From Ignavibacteriales bacterium (GTDB lineage Bacteria; Bacteroidota; Ignavibacteria; UBA10030), in the NCBI GenBank assembly GCA_026390595.1, contig JAPLFQ010000019.1, positions 41,860-105,859 on the forward strand: a DNA stretch of 64,000 nt. The letters run 5' to 3'. Of the stretch, positions 29,780 to 40,575 are shown piece by piece. How positions within the stretch are numbered: position 1 is the stretch's first letter; each line of letters opens with the position of its first letter. Position numbers and translations under genes: made by a program. A model generated the notes under the pieces. That model was not told the DNA's origin. It saw only the letters and a list, made by a program, of their open reading frames with translations, and made no database searches.

Positions 29780-29953
29780 CTAATGAAAAGAATGCCCACC
29801 GCGGACGTGCCCTGCAGTTACCTTCTGCACAAGTTTCAGTTGCTTCGAGGCCCGATTCTTCCGTTTGTTGCGGTCCTCGAGCAAGCTGATTTTTTTTAGC
29901 AACGATTTGGGCTGCTCAGCGTCCATCTTCAAAGGTACATGGGATTGCTTCAT
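29780..29953 (-). CDS. Unlisted small basic protein (57 aa), hypothetical
   Basis: Minus-strand ORF MKQSHVPLKMDAEQPKSLLKKISLLEDRNKRKNRASKQLKLVQKVTAGHVRGGHSFH. It sits in an otherwise empty region and has a GGAGG at correct spacing 5' of its ATG. It is below the 60-aa cutoff of the supplied ORF track. Confidence 0.35.
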   Translation of the reverse strand: MKQSHVPLKMDAEQPKSLLKKISLLEDRNKRKNRASKQLKLVQKVTAGHVRGGHSFH

Positions 29954-30103
29954 ACCTTCCTCCTGCAGTGTTAGTGGGATTCAAAGAACGGTCGCACAAC
30001 CTCCTGAGCAATTGTAGCTACCTGGCCGAACAATGTCAAGGCCTCTGGTATTAGTTTCATCTTGCTCTCAACACCCTTTTTTGCTATATTAAATGGTCAT
30101 TAT

Positions 30104-30175
30104 GCTGAAGTAGCTCAGTGGTAGAGCAGCGGTTTCGTAAACCGCAGGTCGTGGGTTCAACTCCCACCTTCAGCT
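30104..30175 (+). tRNA. tRNA-Thr (anticodon CGU)
   Basis: The sequence folds into a cloverleaf by eye. Acceptor gctgaag/cttcagc; D-arm gctc-agtggta-gagc; anticodon arm gcggt-ttCGTaa-accgc; variable loop aggtc; T-arm gtggg-ttcaact-cccac. CCA is not encoded. Confidence 0.9.
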
Positions 30176-30732
30176 CAAACAAGGCGCTCTTGTCCGCCAA
30201 TCTCAATGGCGGACTACCTTCAGCTCGCATTCTGCATCTTTTCCCATCGCAGATTCCAACTGGCTTCGAATTGGTTACCTCCGCGGTACAAAAACGGAGA
30301 CCCCAATGTTGTTTCCAATCGAGACGTCATATCCAACTGTTTCGCACAGCTCACCAGATGGATTGATTGCAGATCCGCACTGAATGGTGAATGTCTGAGT
30401 CAGCAGAAAACTTTTGTCCTAATCCCACCTAGACCGCGAATGTGCGCGGACTTCCAGGCAGCAAGTCCTCAGTTGATCACCAGCGGAGATTTCATCCAGA
30501 TCTTTCAATGGTTCTCGCAGCCGCGCCTGATTGCATGCGGTACCGGATGCAATCCGTTAGTCGATGCCCCCGTCTGGACAACATAGGTATCTCATTCCAT
30601 AAAAATAGCCCAGTGGTTAGCTGGGCTATGGTGGATCTGAGCGAATACGGTCCGGCTGAATAATTTCCGACGAATGTAAAGGAGCTAATGTTCAGCGTCC
30701 TTGGCGAAATCCCGAAGTCTCTTGACGGAATG

Positions 30733-31689
30733 CTAATCCAGGACGCAACGGAACCCGTTGGATTCCCCGCGGTAGCCGCCCGGTTGGTTCGCGCGGTAGC
30801 GATCCGCAATACGGCAGTTGATAGCGCCGGCGTAGTACGAGCCTCCTCGCATCACACGTAATACTCCTGGGCTGGAGGTCGGTCCTTTCGGATCTGTCTG
30901 TGCCGAAGCGCTATAGGTGTCATACCAATCCCAGCACCACTCCTGTACATTACCGCTCATGTCATAGAGCCCAAGCTCGTTTGCCCTTTTCGTTCCAACA
31001 GCATGAGTCACCTGGCCCGCGTTGTCAAAATGCCATGCCACACTGTCGAGAATGCTGCTTCCGCTATATGTATACCCTTGCGATTTCGTACCACCTTTTG
31101 CTGCAAATTCCCACTCAGCCTCCGTCGGCAACCGGTACCCGTTTGCTGTCCATTTCACAGCATCTGAAGCGAGATCAAGCTGACCTGTGCGGTAGACAGT
31201 AGCGAGTGTACTGTTTGTGTAGTACACGGCTGTTAACCCATCTTTTTCCGAGCGGGCATTGCACCATTTCAGTATATCATACCAGTTCAACTGTGCAACT
31301 GGATTGTTCGAGGCACTCTGGTTGTAGCCATTCGCACCTGCAGGCAAATCGGTATAGCCGTGCGTCAAGCCCCAGTTGCGCACTTCCGTCCACTTTTCGT
31401 ACGTGGTCTCGGTTTTGTCCATGTAAAATGAGCCCAGTGTAACTGAATGCGGTGGACTCGCTCCCCAATCATTTGTATTAGTGCTTCCCATCTGGAATGT
31501 GCCTCCAGCGACTTGAATGAAGCCAGTTGGAGTAGTAGAGGAGGAACCCGATTTGAACGAAATACTCTTAACATCTGACATTAGCAAAGAATCCGTCGTT
31601 CCATTGTTCTTGTTGATGAACATTTTTGTTTGAGCCAATGCTGGAAATGACATTCCAAGAATGAGAAGGACAACCCAGGTGCGTTTCAT
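30733..31689 (-). CDS. Formylglycine-generating-enzyme (FGE/SUMF1) family protein, secreted
   Basis: Signal peptide MKRTWVVLLILGMSFPALA. GNVQEWCWDWY and RVMRGGSYY are FGE-sulfatase domain signatures. Confidence 0.8.
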   Translation of the reverse strand: MKRTWVVLLILGMSFPALAQTKMFINKNNGTTDSLLMSDVKSISFKSGSSSTTPTGFIQVAGGTFQMGSTNTNDWGASPPHSVTLGSFYMDKTETTYEKWTEVRNWGLTHGYTDLPAGANGYNQSASNNPVAQLNWYDILKWCNARSEKDGLTAVYYTNSTLATVYRTGQLDLASDAVKWTANGYRLPTEAEWEFAAKGGTKSQGYTYSGSSILDSVAWHFDNAGQVTHAVGTKRANELGLYDMSGNVQEWCWDWYDTYSASAQTDPKGPTSSPGVLRVMRGGSYYAGAINCRIADRYRANQPGGYRGESNGFRCVLD

Positions 31690-31719
31690 AATAATCTCCG
31701 CAGTATTGTTCTATTTGAT

Positions 31720-32184
31720 TCACTTGAGAAGGAGGAGTTTCTGGACGAGGAATGAATGATTGAAATCCACGCGACAGAAATAGTTGCCGCTGGATACATT
31801 GACTCCACCATCATTGCGAGCGTCCCAAACTACGGAATGTGTGCCAGCCTGTTCAGTCAGATTTGCTAGAGAGCGAATAAGGCGGCCTTGAATATCATAG
31901 ATCGCAATCGTGACTTCGCCAGTATGAGGAATATCGTACTGGATTGTCGTGGTCGGATTGAATGGATTAGGATAGTTTTGATGGAGCGTAAAAGAGGAAA
32001 GAACATTCTGCAAAAGCTCTTGCTCCCGTATGCTCGTGGGCAAGCCGGAGAACGTTATCTCACGAATGGCTGATACGGCGTATCCGATGATTGTGCCGTC
32101 CGCCTTCTCCACAAAGACGGAATCCGTTTGTGCGAAACAGATGGAAGAAACGGCGAAAAACAGAAAGACAATGCATGGCTTCAT
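31720..32184 (-). CDS. Small secreted protein with T9SS C-terminal sorting domain
   Basis: The ORF is 31720..32331. The likely start is the ATG at 32184 (MKPCIVFLFFAVSSICFAQT), preceded by GGAGG. The C-terminus NYPNPFNPTTTIQYDIPHTGEVTIAIYDIQGRLIRSL...GNYFCRV is a type-A Por/T9SS C-terminal domain (CTD). Confidence 0.7.
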   Translation of the reverse strand: MKPCIVFLFFAVSSICFAQTDSVFVEKADGTIIGYAVSAIREITFSGLPTSIREQELLQNVLSSFTLHQNYPNPFNPTTTIQYDIPHTGEVTIAIYDIQGRLIRSLANLTEQAGTHSVVWDARNDGGVNVSSGNYFCRVDFNHSFLVQKLLLLK

Positions 32185-32650
32185 CGTGCCTCCTATCTTG
32201 ATTATGGGGAACGTCGGCTTGGCGAATGCCAGACTACAAAGCAAAAAACCTCCATCATCACATTCGTGACTCCGGAGGTTCATCACAATCCCTCGCTTCT
32301 TGAAGCCTTCCCCGGCTTCGTTGTGTCTCAATGCTACGGAGATTCTGGAACAGTGTCAAGCAACTGATGAACTCCCAAGACACCTCCACGTCAGATAGCT
32401 ATCCGGGTCCTCCGAAACTTCCGCCGTGCGGCCACGCAGTCCAAAAACAAGGGCAAAAACGTCGCAGATCATCTCATCGCATGTTCCCATTTCTAGGACA
32501 CTCGCCTGCTTGTCGGGGTATACACTCATGGCGTTGCTCTATGGCCATATCGGTGTCGGTAACAATCATGAAGGTTGATCTCCCGAGAGGATATTCGTAT
32601 ATTGTTTACGTTAAATTCATGGACAATTCAATCTGCCAAGATTGTCACTG

Positions 32651-32680
32651 AAATCCGCTTCGCGCGGATTTTTTTGTTGT
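32651..32680 (+). terminator. Terminator-like hairpin (8-bp stem + U-run) in the 5' region of the YpdA-like gene
   Basis: aaatccgc-ttcgc-gcggattt followed by tttttgttgt. No + strand gene ends immediately upstream, so it could be an attenuator or a small RNA 3' end. Confidence 0.4.
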
Positions 32681-32694
32681 CGGGCATCAATCGT

Positions 32695-33654
32695 ATGAAT
32701 TCATATGATCTCATTGTGATCGGTGCAGGACCTTCCGGGCTCGCGTGTGCTATCGAGGCTAAAAAGAAGGGGCTCTCACAATTGGTCCTCGATAAGGGAT
32801 CAGTGGCTGACGCCATCCGTCGTTTCCCGATCGACATGACATTCTTCTCGACCTCCGAACTCCTGGAAATCGGAGGTGTTCCCTTCACTTCTGCAGGGTC
32901 TCGTCCGACCCGCGTCGAATGTGTCCGATATTACCAGATGATTGCGCGGTACTTTGATCTGCCGGTCCAGCAAGGTGTGGAAGTCACCGGCATCCGACCC
33001 CACGCCGCAGGGTTTGAGGTCATATCCCCGGATGGATCGTTATTGGCGAAGAACGTTGTCGATGCGACTGGTTACTTTGACCACCCAAACCGATTTGATG
33101 TCCCGGGTTCGGAGCTCAGCAAGGTGAGAAGGTACTACGACGAGCCATACGCGTACTCCGGCAGGAATGTCGCCGTTATTGGTGGAAAGAACTCGGCAGT
33201 CGAAACAGCCCTCGATCTCTTTCGCAATGGCGCCCGCGTGACACTTATTCATAGGGGGCCGAGTCTTAGCCAGGGGGTGAAGTATTGGATACTTCCCGAC
33301 ATCGAAAACAGGATCAAGGCCGGTGACATCCGGGCGATGTTCGAAACCAGGGTCGAGCGAATTACCTCGGGCTCGATTACGGTTGGAGGGAGGCATCACG
33401 AAGAATTCTCGAATGATGCTGTCTTTCTGATGATTGGCTACTGCCCTGATTCTTCACTCCTCCGGCAGGCGGGAGTAGAAATAGATCCCGAGACACAGGC
33501 GCCGGTTCATAATTCTGCCACCATGGAAACGAATGTTCGGGGTGTCTTCGTTGCCGGATCGATAGCGGCCGGCAGGTTCAACAATAAGATTTTCATCGAA
33601 AATGGGCGGATGCATGGCAAACTCATCGTCGATGCAATTGAATCATCTCATTGA
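32695..33654 (+). CDS. YpdA-like FAD/NAD(P)-dependent pyridine nucleotide-disulfide oxidoreductase (putative bacillithiol-disulfide reductase family)
   Basis: The ORF is 32575..33654. The probable start is the ATG at 32695 (MNSYDLIVIGAGPSGLACA, a Rossmann GxGxxG motif). A second dinucleotide-binding motif (VIGGKNSAVETALDL) is present. The ~320-aa length and spacing are YpdA-like rather than TrxB-like, with no CxxC. Confidence 0.8.
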   Translation: MNSYDLIVIGAGPSGLACAIEAKKKGLSQLVLDKGSVADAIRRFPIDMTFFSTSELLEIGGVPFTSAGSRPTRVECVRYYQMIARYFDLPVQQGVEVTGIRPHAAGFEVISPDGSLLAKNVVDATGYFDHPNRFDVPGSELSKVRRYYDEPYAYSGRNVAVIGGKNSAVETALDLFRNGARVTLIHRGPSLSQGVKYWILPDIENRIKAGDIRAMFETRVERITSGSITVGGRHHEEFSNDAVFLMIGYCPDSSLLRQAGVEIDPETQAPVHNSATMETNVRGVFVAGSIAAGRFNNKIFIENGRMHGKLIVDAIESSH

Positions 33655-33713
33655 TTTTAGGCCCCAGTTTTGTTAATTTATGCCTCCAGTGTGCAGTGAA
33701 GTTCCTCATCTGA

Positions 33714-35138
<1,425 letters not shown>

Positions 35139-35145
35139 CGTTCCC

Positions 35146-35556
35146 ATGGCAGAAAAGGTCTTCAAACTCGAAATTGTAACACCGAAGAAGATTGCCTTCA
35201 GCGGCGACGTGGTCAGCTTCAGTGCGCCGGGAGTTGTTGGCGGATTCCAGGTTTTGAAAAGCCACGCCCCGTTCCTTTCGAATATCTCTGTCGGCGAAGT
35301 GAAGCTCGTTGACGTTTCCGGCAACGAGATTCGATTTGCTGCCAGCGGCGGCTTTGTTGAAGTCCACGACAACAAAGTGATCATGCTCGCGGAGACTGCG
35401 GAACGCTCGGACGAGATCGATGTCGCACGTGCGGAGGCAGCCAGGGATAGAGCCCGAAAGCGGCTCGCAGAGAAGACCTCGGGGCTCGATCCGGATCGCG
35501 CCAGGCTCGCGCTATTCCGGGCGATGAACCGGCTCAAAGTCGCAGACCAGCTCTGA
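35146..35556 (+). CDS. atpC: F0F1 ATP synthase subunit epsilon
   Basis: It lies immediately downstream of atpD. The 136-aa product has an N-terminal beta-sandwich and a C-terminal helical hairpin pattern (ARAEAARDRARKRL). Confidence 0.9.
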   Translation: MAEKVFKLEIVTPKKIAFSGDVVSFSAPGVVGGFQVLKSHAPFLSNISVGEVKLVDVSGNEIRFAASGGFVEVHDNKVIMLAETAERSDEIDVARAEAARDRARKRLAEKTSGLDPDRARLALFRAMNRLKVADQL

Positions 35557-35715
35557 GCGGAGTGGACGTACTTGGAGAGATATGGGTAACCCATCAGATG
35601 CTGTGATGGGTTTTTTGTTGGCCCGTGCAGCCGGGTCGGCCGCGTTGACAATCAATACACGAACCGTTATATTCTTCCGGCTTTTAGACGGCCGATCGCA
35701 CTCACGAAACTACCT

Positions 35716-36852
35716 ATGTCGATGGCAAGCGCCGCACCGATGCCGACCCGACCCACCGTTGCAGAAATCGATCTCCACGCTCTGGCTCAAAACCTGAAGG
35801 GAATTCGCGCTAAAGTCGGCCGGCGGGTACAGGTGATGGCTGTGGTGAAAGCCAATGCCTACGGTCACGGTATGACCGACGTCGCCCGATTCCTCCAGCA
35901 AAGGGCGGTCGACTATTTCGGTGTCGCCAATGCGGAAGAAGGCTCGGCGTTGCGCGAAGCTGGCATCACGGCGCCGATTCATGTCTTCACAATCCCTGCT
36001 CCGACTCAGATCCCCGTGTTCACGACGTTTGGACTCGATGCTACCGTGGGCAGCGAGACGGAAGCTCGTTTGCTCAATGAGCAGGCCCAGCGGGCCAGGA
36101 AGCGATTGAATGTCCATATCAAGATCGATACGGGCATGAACCGGATCGGCGTCAGACCCCGGGATGTGGGCGCGCTGGTTCGAGTCGTCGGCGGCTTAAA
36201 ACGTCTTGAGATCAAGGGGGCCTACACGCACTTCGCAACCGCGGACCGGCGTGACAAGACTTTTTCGATGCAGCAACTGGGGCTGTTCAATCAGGCGCTC
36301 GAGTCTTTACGCGCTGCGGGAGTTGAGCCGGAGACCGTGCATTGCGCAGGGAGCGCTGGAATCCTCGATATTCCCGAATCGTATTTTTCGATGGTTCGAC
36401 CTGGAATCATGATGTATGGCTACTACCCCTCGGACGAAACGACAGAAAGCGTCCGGCTGAAGCCCGTTCTCTCGCTGAAGTCGCGGGTCTCGATGGTCAA
36501 ATGGATTGAGCCGGGCGAAAGCGTGAGCTACGGCAGGAGGTTCGTCGCAAGCCGCCGAACGAAAATTGCGACGCTGCCTCTCGGGTACGCTGACGGCTAT
36601 ATGCGATTGCTCACCGGTCAGTCGAATGTTCTCATAGGGGGACGATTGTTTCCGATTGTCGGCACCATCTGCATGGATCAGTTGATGGTAGATGTTGGCA
36701 GGACGGACGTGTGCGTTGGGGACGAAGCAGTGCTGATAGGACGCCAGGGGCGGAAGGCCATTACTGCCTGGGATCTCGCCGCCAGGGCCGGCACAATCCC
36801 ATACGAGATCTGTACGAATATATCGTCGCGTGTTCCACGAATCGTTGGGTGA
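35716..36852 (+). CDS. alr: Alanine racemase
   Basis: AVVKANAYGHG (PLP-Lys motif), and the 378-aa length and conservation match Alr. Confidence 0.9.
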   Translation: MSMASAAPMPTRPTVAEIDLHALAQNLKGIRAKVGRRVQVMAVVKANAYGHGMTDVARFLQQRAVDYFGVANAEEGSALREAGITAPIHVFTIPAPTQIPVFTTFGLDATVGSETEARLLNEQAQRARKRLNVHIKIDTGMNRIGVRPRDVGALVRVVGGLKRLEIKGAYTHFATADRRDKTFSMQQLGLFNQALESLRAAGVEPETVHCAGSAGILDIPESYFSMVRPGIMMYGYYPSDETTESVRLKPVLSLKSRVSMVKWIEPGESVSYGRRFVASRRTKIATLPLGYADGYMRLLTGQSNVLIGGRLFPIVGTICMDQLMVDVGRTDVCVGDEAVLIGRQGRKAITAWDLAARAGTIPYEICTNISSRVPRIVG

Positions 36853-36855
36853 ACC

Positions 36856-37557
36856 ATGACACAGACTAATGACATCCTGCGCGCGCTGCTCTCCAATTTC
36901 CCGATGGCCGAACTGCCGTCGGGCGCGCAGCGGACATTGTTCGAAACCCTCAGGACGCGGCTCGGCGACGCCCCGGACGCCGCCGAAGAACTGAAGAATC
37001 TCTATAAGGTGAAGGGATTCTCGGAATTTGCGCTGGGGTTGATGTGGATGGTTGAACGTGCGTCGAAGAATCCGGGTCAGATCTCCATCGGCCCCGAAGA
37101 TGAAACGCTCCTCTTGTCTTCCTTCCGAAGGGCCGCGGCGGATGGAGCCGTGCAGGATTCAGAGGAACCGGCCGCCCGGCAGCAGGCGGCTGCAGGTGGC
37201 CAGGGGGGAGGGGAGATCGACGTGCAGGTGTTCGCCGGTCAGTTGGAGCAGCTCTCCGATGCCGTGCAAGGCGGATCCGGGGGAGCTCGCATGCTGCTGG
37301 AGGATCTCGTCGGAGAATGCGATGACCTGAGCGGCCAGGGAGGCGATCCGGAGCTGATGGAGTTTGCCACACTCTTGAGGGATTTTCTGAAATTCCTGTC
37401 CGAGAGTGATCTCTTTGACGACATGCGGGTCATCAACATCTTATCAAATGTTTCATCAACCGTCTCGCAGTGGGCGAACGCTCCTTTGGATGCGCGGCCA
37501 GGGATGCTTGAGGAGGCTCTCAGCATGCTTCGAGACTTCAAGACCCATTTTGAATAA
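36856..37557 (+). CDS. Hypothetical acidic protein
   Basis: 233-aa ORF whose start is adjacent to the alr stop. It is Ala/Gly/Asp-rich and has no recognisable motif. Confidence 0.5.
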   Translation: MTQTNDILRALLSNFPMAELPSGAQRTLFETLRTRLGDAPDAAEELKNLYKVKGFSEFALGLMWMVERASKNPGQISIGPEDETLLLSSFRRAAADGAVQDSEEPAARQQAAAGGQGGGEIDVQVFAGQLEQLSDAVQGGSGGARMLLEDLVGECDDLSGQGGDPELMEFATLLRDFLKFLSESDLFDDMRVINILSNVSSTVSQWANAPLDARPGMLEEALSMLRDFKTHFE

Positions 37558-37572
37558 CTGAAACGGCGACAT

Positions 37573-38661
37573 ATGCCCAAGACTTTTGCTGTAATCATGG
37601 CGGGAGGGGTTGGCTCGAGGTTCTGGCCGCGAAGCCGTGAACGTTCTCCAAAGCAGTTTCTCGAAATCCTCGGCGGCGGGACGATGATTGAGAACACGCT
37701 CACGCGTCTCACTCCGCTCGTTGATCCTAACGACATGTACGTGGTGACAAATCAGGTCCAGGCGGACATGGTGCGGCGCCTGGTGCCGGGAATGCCCTCA
37801 ACAAACGTAATCGCAGAGCCGATTGGCCGAAACACAGCGGCTTGTATCGGCCTTGCCGCGCTCTGGATCAATCGCATTGACCCGAACGGTGTCATGGTGG
37901 TATCGCCGGCAGACCATATCGTCCAGGACACGGATGAGTTTCTTCGTATCCTGCGTCTCGCAGTCCGAGTTGCGGAAGAGAAAGACGCCCTCGTGACCAT
38001 CGGTATCAAGCCTACCCATCCGGAGACCGGCTACGGCTATATCCAGTCCGCAGAAGAAGAGCTCGACCGTAACGAGTTTCGATCGGAGGGGGTTTATCGC
38101 GTCAAGACCTTCGCTGAGAAACCGAACCTGGAAACGGCGGAGAAGTTTCTGCAGAGCGGCGACTTCCTCTGGAACAGCGGCATCTTCGTCTGGAAGGCGA
38201 GCGTCATTCTGCGCGAGATTGAACTCCACCTCCCTGATCTGCACGAGCAGCTGCACGATATCCAGAAAGCTATCGGCACGTCGGTCTACGATCAGACCCT
38301 CGAGCATGCCTACCGGATTATCCGGAGCATCTCCGTTGATTACGGTGTGATGGAAAAGGCGGGAAATGTCTTCGTCGTCAAGGGCGATTTCGGCTGGAGC
38401 GACGTGGGTTCATGGGATGAAGTCGTGCGATTGACTCCGAAGGACGAGGGGGGGAATTCCATCCGGGGGCGCACGGTGCTCTTCGATTCGAAGAACAATT
38501 ACGTGGATGCCGGAACCAAGATCGTCGCTGCGATCGGTGTCGAAGATCTGATTATCATCAGCACGGACGACGGAATTCTCATCTGCAAGAAAGGGCGTTC
38601 GCAGGAGGTCAAAGAGATCGTCGATTTCATCCGGCGAAAGCAAATGAATGAGTATTTGTAG
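37573..38661 (+). CDS. manC: Mannose-1-phosphate guanylyltransferase
   Basis: FAVIMAGGVGSRFWPRS...PKQFL is the nucleotidyltransferase signature of GDP-mannose pyrophosphorylases; the ~360-aa protein has a left-handed beta-helix tail. Confidence 0.85.
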   Translation: MPKTFAVIMAGGVGSRFWPRSRERSPKQFLEILGGGTMIENTLTRLTPLVDPNDMYVVTNQVQADMVRRLVPGMPSTNVIAEPIGRNTAACIGLAALWINRIDPNGVMVVSPADHIVQDTDEFLRILRLAVRVAEEKDALVTIGIKPTHPETGYGYIQSAEEELDRNEFRSEGVYRVKTFAEKPNLETAEKFLQSGDFLWNSGIFVWKASVILREIELHLPDLHEQLHDIQKAIGTSVYDQTLEHAYRIIRSISVDYGVMEKAGNVFVVKGDFGWSDVGSWDEVVRLTPKDEGGNSIRGRTVLFDSKNNYVDAGTKIVAAIGVEDLIIISTDDGILICKKGRSQEVKEIVDFIRRKQMNEYL

Positions 38662-39145
38662 CAGACTGATCCCCCATACCTTTGTGTTCGTTTCATTCGG
38701 GCTGCTGCTCGCCGGGTGTGCCTCGTCGCCCAGATTCGCCGCTCGCAGCTCACCTCCTGAGCCCCGGGCCGAGAGGACGCCGGAACAAGCAAGGACGGAC
38801 GAGCCCAAGCCTTCCCATAACCCAACCGGAAAAATCCTCCTTACGCTCGAGGGGGTCGCGTCATACTATGCCGATGACTATCATGGGAAACAAACATCCA
38901 ACGGAGAGGTCTTCGACATGAATGAACTGACCGCAGCGCACCGGACATTCCCGTTTGGGACGAAGGTCCGCGTCACAAATCTGGAGAACAAGAAAAATGT
39001 TGTCGTCAGGGTCAATGACCGCGGGCCTTTCAAGGAGGGGAGAATCATCGACCTCTCCCTGGCGGCCGCAAAAGAGCTGGACCTTATCAGGACGGGAACC
39101 GCAAAAGCAAAACTCGAGGTGCTTGAATGGGGCGACGGGAAATGA
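38648..39145 (+). CDS. rlpA: RlpA-like lipoprotein (double-psi beta-barrel septal lytic transglycosylase family)
   Basis: Lipobox LLAGC. YYADDYHGKQTSNGEVFDMNELTAAHRTFPFGTKVRVTNLENKKNVVVRVNDRGPF is the DPBB domain of RlpA. Confidence 0.8.
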   Translation: MSICSRLIPHTFVFVSFGLLLAGCASSPRFAARSSPPEPRAERTPEQARTDEPKPSHNPTGKILLTLEGVASYYADDYHGKQTSNGEVFDMNELTAAHRTFPFGTKVRVTNLENKKNVVVRVNDRGPFKEGRIIDLSLAAAKELDLIRTGTAKAKLEVLEWGDGK

Positions 39146-39233
39146 GGCATGATGGGGGAAAGGTACTGGAGACGACGCGACGCACCTCTGACAGGGTGCG
39201 TTTGTCATCTGTGGGAGAACAAGAGGAAAACAA

Positions 39234-39452
39234 GTGAAAATCACGGTACAAGTGAAACCAAATGCGCGGAAAGACGAAGTCGCTCTTCGTGAAGACGGCG
39301 TATACGTTGTAAAGGTCTCTGTCCCCCCGATCGAGGGAAGGGCAAACGAGCGACTCATCGAAATCCTGGCCGATTACTTCAAGAAGCCCAAACGGTCTAT
39401 CGGGATTCTGGTCGGGACACGCGGCAAGCACAAAATCGTGGAAATCAAATGA
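39234..39452 (+). CDS. DUF167 (YggU) family protein
   Basis: 72 aa with a GTG start. KVSVPPIEGRANERLIEILADYF matches DUF167. Confidence 0.75.
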   Translation: MKITVQVKPNARKDEVALREDGVYVVKVSVPPIEGRANERLIEILADYFKKPKRSIGILVGTRGKHKIVEIK

Positions 39453-39539
39453 AATCAGCTATGAAATGCTGTTGGAGAATCCCTGCGGTATGTCTGTTCT
39501 TGTTCGCTTCAGGTCAAGCGGCGGTCGCTGCCGGCAGTT

Positions 39540-40529
39540 TTGCCGGGAAGTCTTCGCCTTGAATCGTACCGGCCGGTTGGTCTGGTGCGGACGTCCGAAC
39601 AAGCAAAAAGGAACGACAAGGATGGTCACAAGGTCATCGGTGCAATCAATGCAGATTTCTTCAGCTTCAAGACAGGCTGGCCGGTCAATAACCAGGTTCG
39701 GAACGGTGAATTTGTTTTCGGAACGCAGACGCAACGTTCACATTTCATACTGGACGACCAAAACAGGCCGCATATCGAACGGACGAGCTTCGATGGGTGG
39801 GCCGGACGTCCCAGGGGAAACAAGTTTAGAATAGCCGGCGTGAACGATGTTCACAGCGATAGCGTAATCATCCTTCACACTTCCTTCTCCGATTCGGCAA
39901 CGAGCTCGACCGGCAAGGGAAGAACCGTCTCGCTCACTCTTCTCAACTCCTCATGGTCGGTCTGTGACACCATGCGGATGATCGTGAGCGGTGCTGGTTC
40001 TGAAGATCTGAAGAACATCTCTTCCGGCAGGGCTGTACTCTGGATCGGCAATGGGGCCTCCGTTTCCGCGGCAGCAGAAGAAATGAAATCGGGAGACACT
40101 CTGCTCGTCTATCTCGGAGTCCGCCCGGTCGTCAGAAATGCCAAAACAATTCTCGGCGGATTTGGCAAAATTGTGTCAGATGGCCGTCCTGTCAGCGACA
40201 GTACGAACCTGGAGGAGAAGACAAATCTCAATTTCCTGACTGCAAGACACCCCAGGACGTTCGTCGGATTCGATCGGGACTCGACGAAACTATACCTCTG
40301 CGTTGTCGACGGCCGCCAGCAGAAGAGCGTCGGCATGAATTTCCGAGAGATGGCGGATTTCCTCGTTTCGATCGGAGTCTGGAACGCCGTCAATTTCGAC
40401 GGAGGGGGCTCCACGACGATGGTCTTGCAGGGGAGGATCGTCAACTCCCCCTCGGACGTGACAGGCGAACGCCCGGTTGCCAATACGTTGCAGATTATCG
40501 AACTCGGTCCACCGGGCAATGCCCGGTGA
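39540..40529 (+). CDS. Phosphodiester glycosidase family protein (DUF2233); the N-terminal signal peptide appears to lie in a different frame, suggesting a frameshift
   Basis: NADFFSF...VNFDGGGSTTMV are DUF2233 motifs. The ORF starts at a TTG. A 37-codon signal-peptide ORF (MKSAMKCCWRIPAVCLFLFASGQAAVA...) starts at ~39449 in another frame and stops inside the 5' end of this ORF. Confidence 0.7.
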   Translation: MPGSLRLESYRPVGLVRTSEQAKRNDKDGHKVIGAINADFFSFKTGWPVNNQVRNGEFVFGTQTQRSHFILDDQNRPHIERTSFDGWAGRPRGNKFRIAGVNDVHSDSVIILHTSFSDSATSSTGKGRTVSLTLLNSSWSVCDTMRMIVSGAGSEDLKNISSGRAVLWIGNGASVSAAAEEMKSGDTLLVYLGVRPVVRNAKTILGGFGKIVSDGRPVSDSTNLEEKTNLNFLTARHPRTFVGFDRDSTKLYLCVVDGRQQKSVGMNFREMADFLVSIGVWNAVNFDGGGSTTMVLQGRIVNSPSDVTGERPVANTLQIIELGPPGNAR

Positions 40530-40575
40530 GTCAGAAGTGGAGTGCTTCGAATCTGAAAATGAGTCAGGTCCAAAC

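Noticed and set aside
30688-30861. + strand ORF with an AAAGGAG RBS (MFSVLGEIPKSLDG...) downstream of the tRNA region
   Set aside because: It runs antisense through the conserved C-terminus (GGYRGESNGFRCVLD) of the minus-strand FGE-family gene, so it is most likely a chance ORF.
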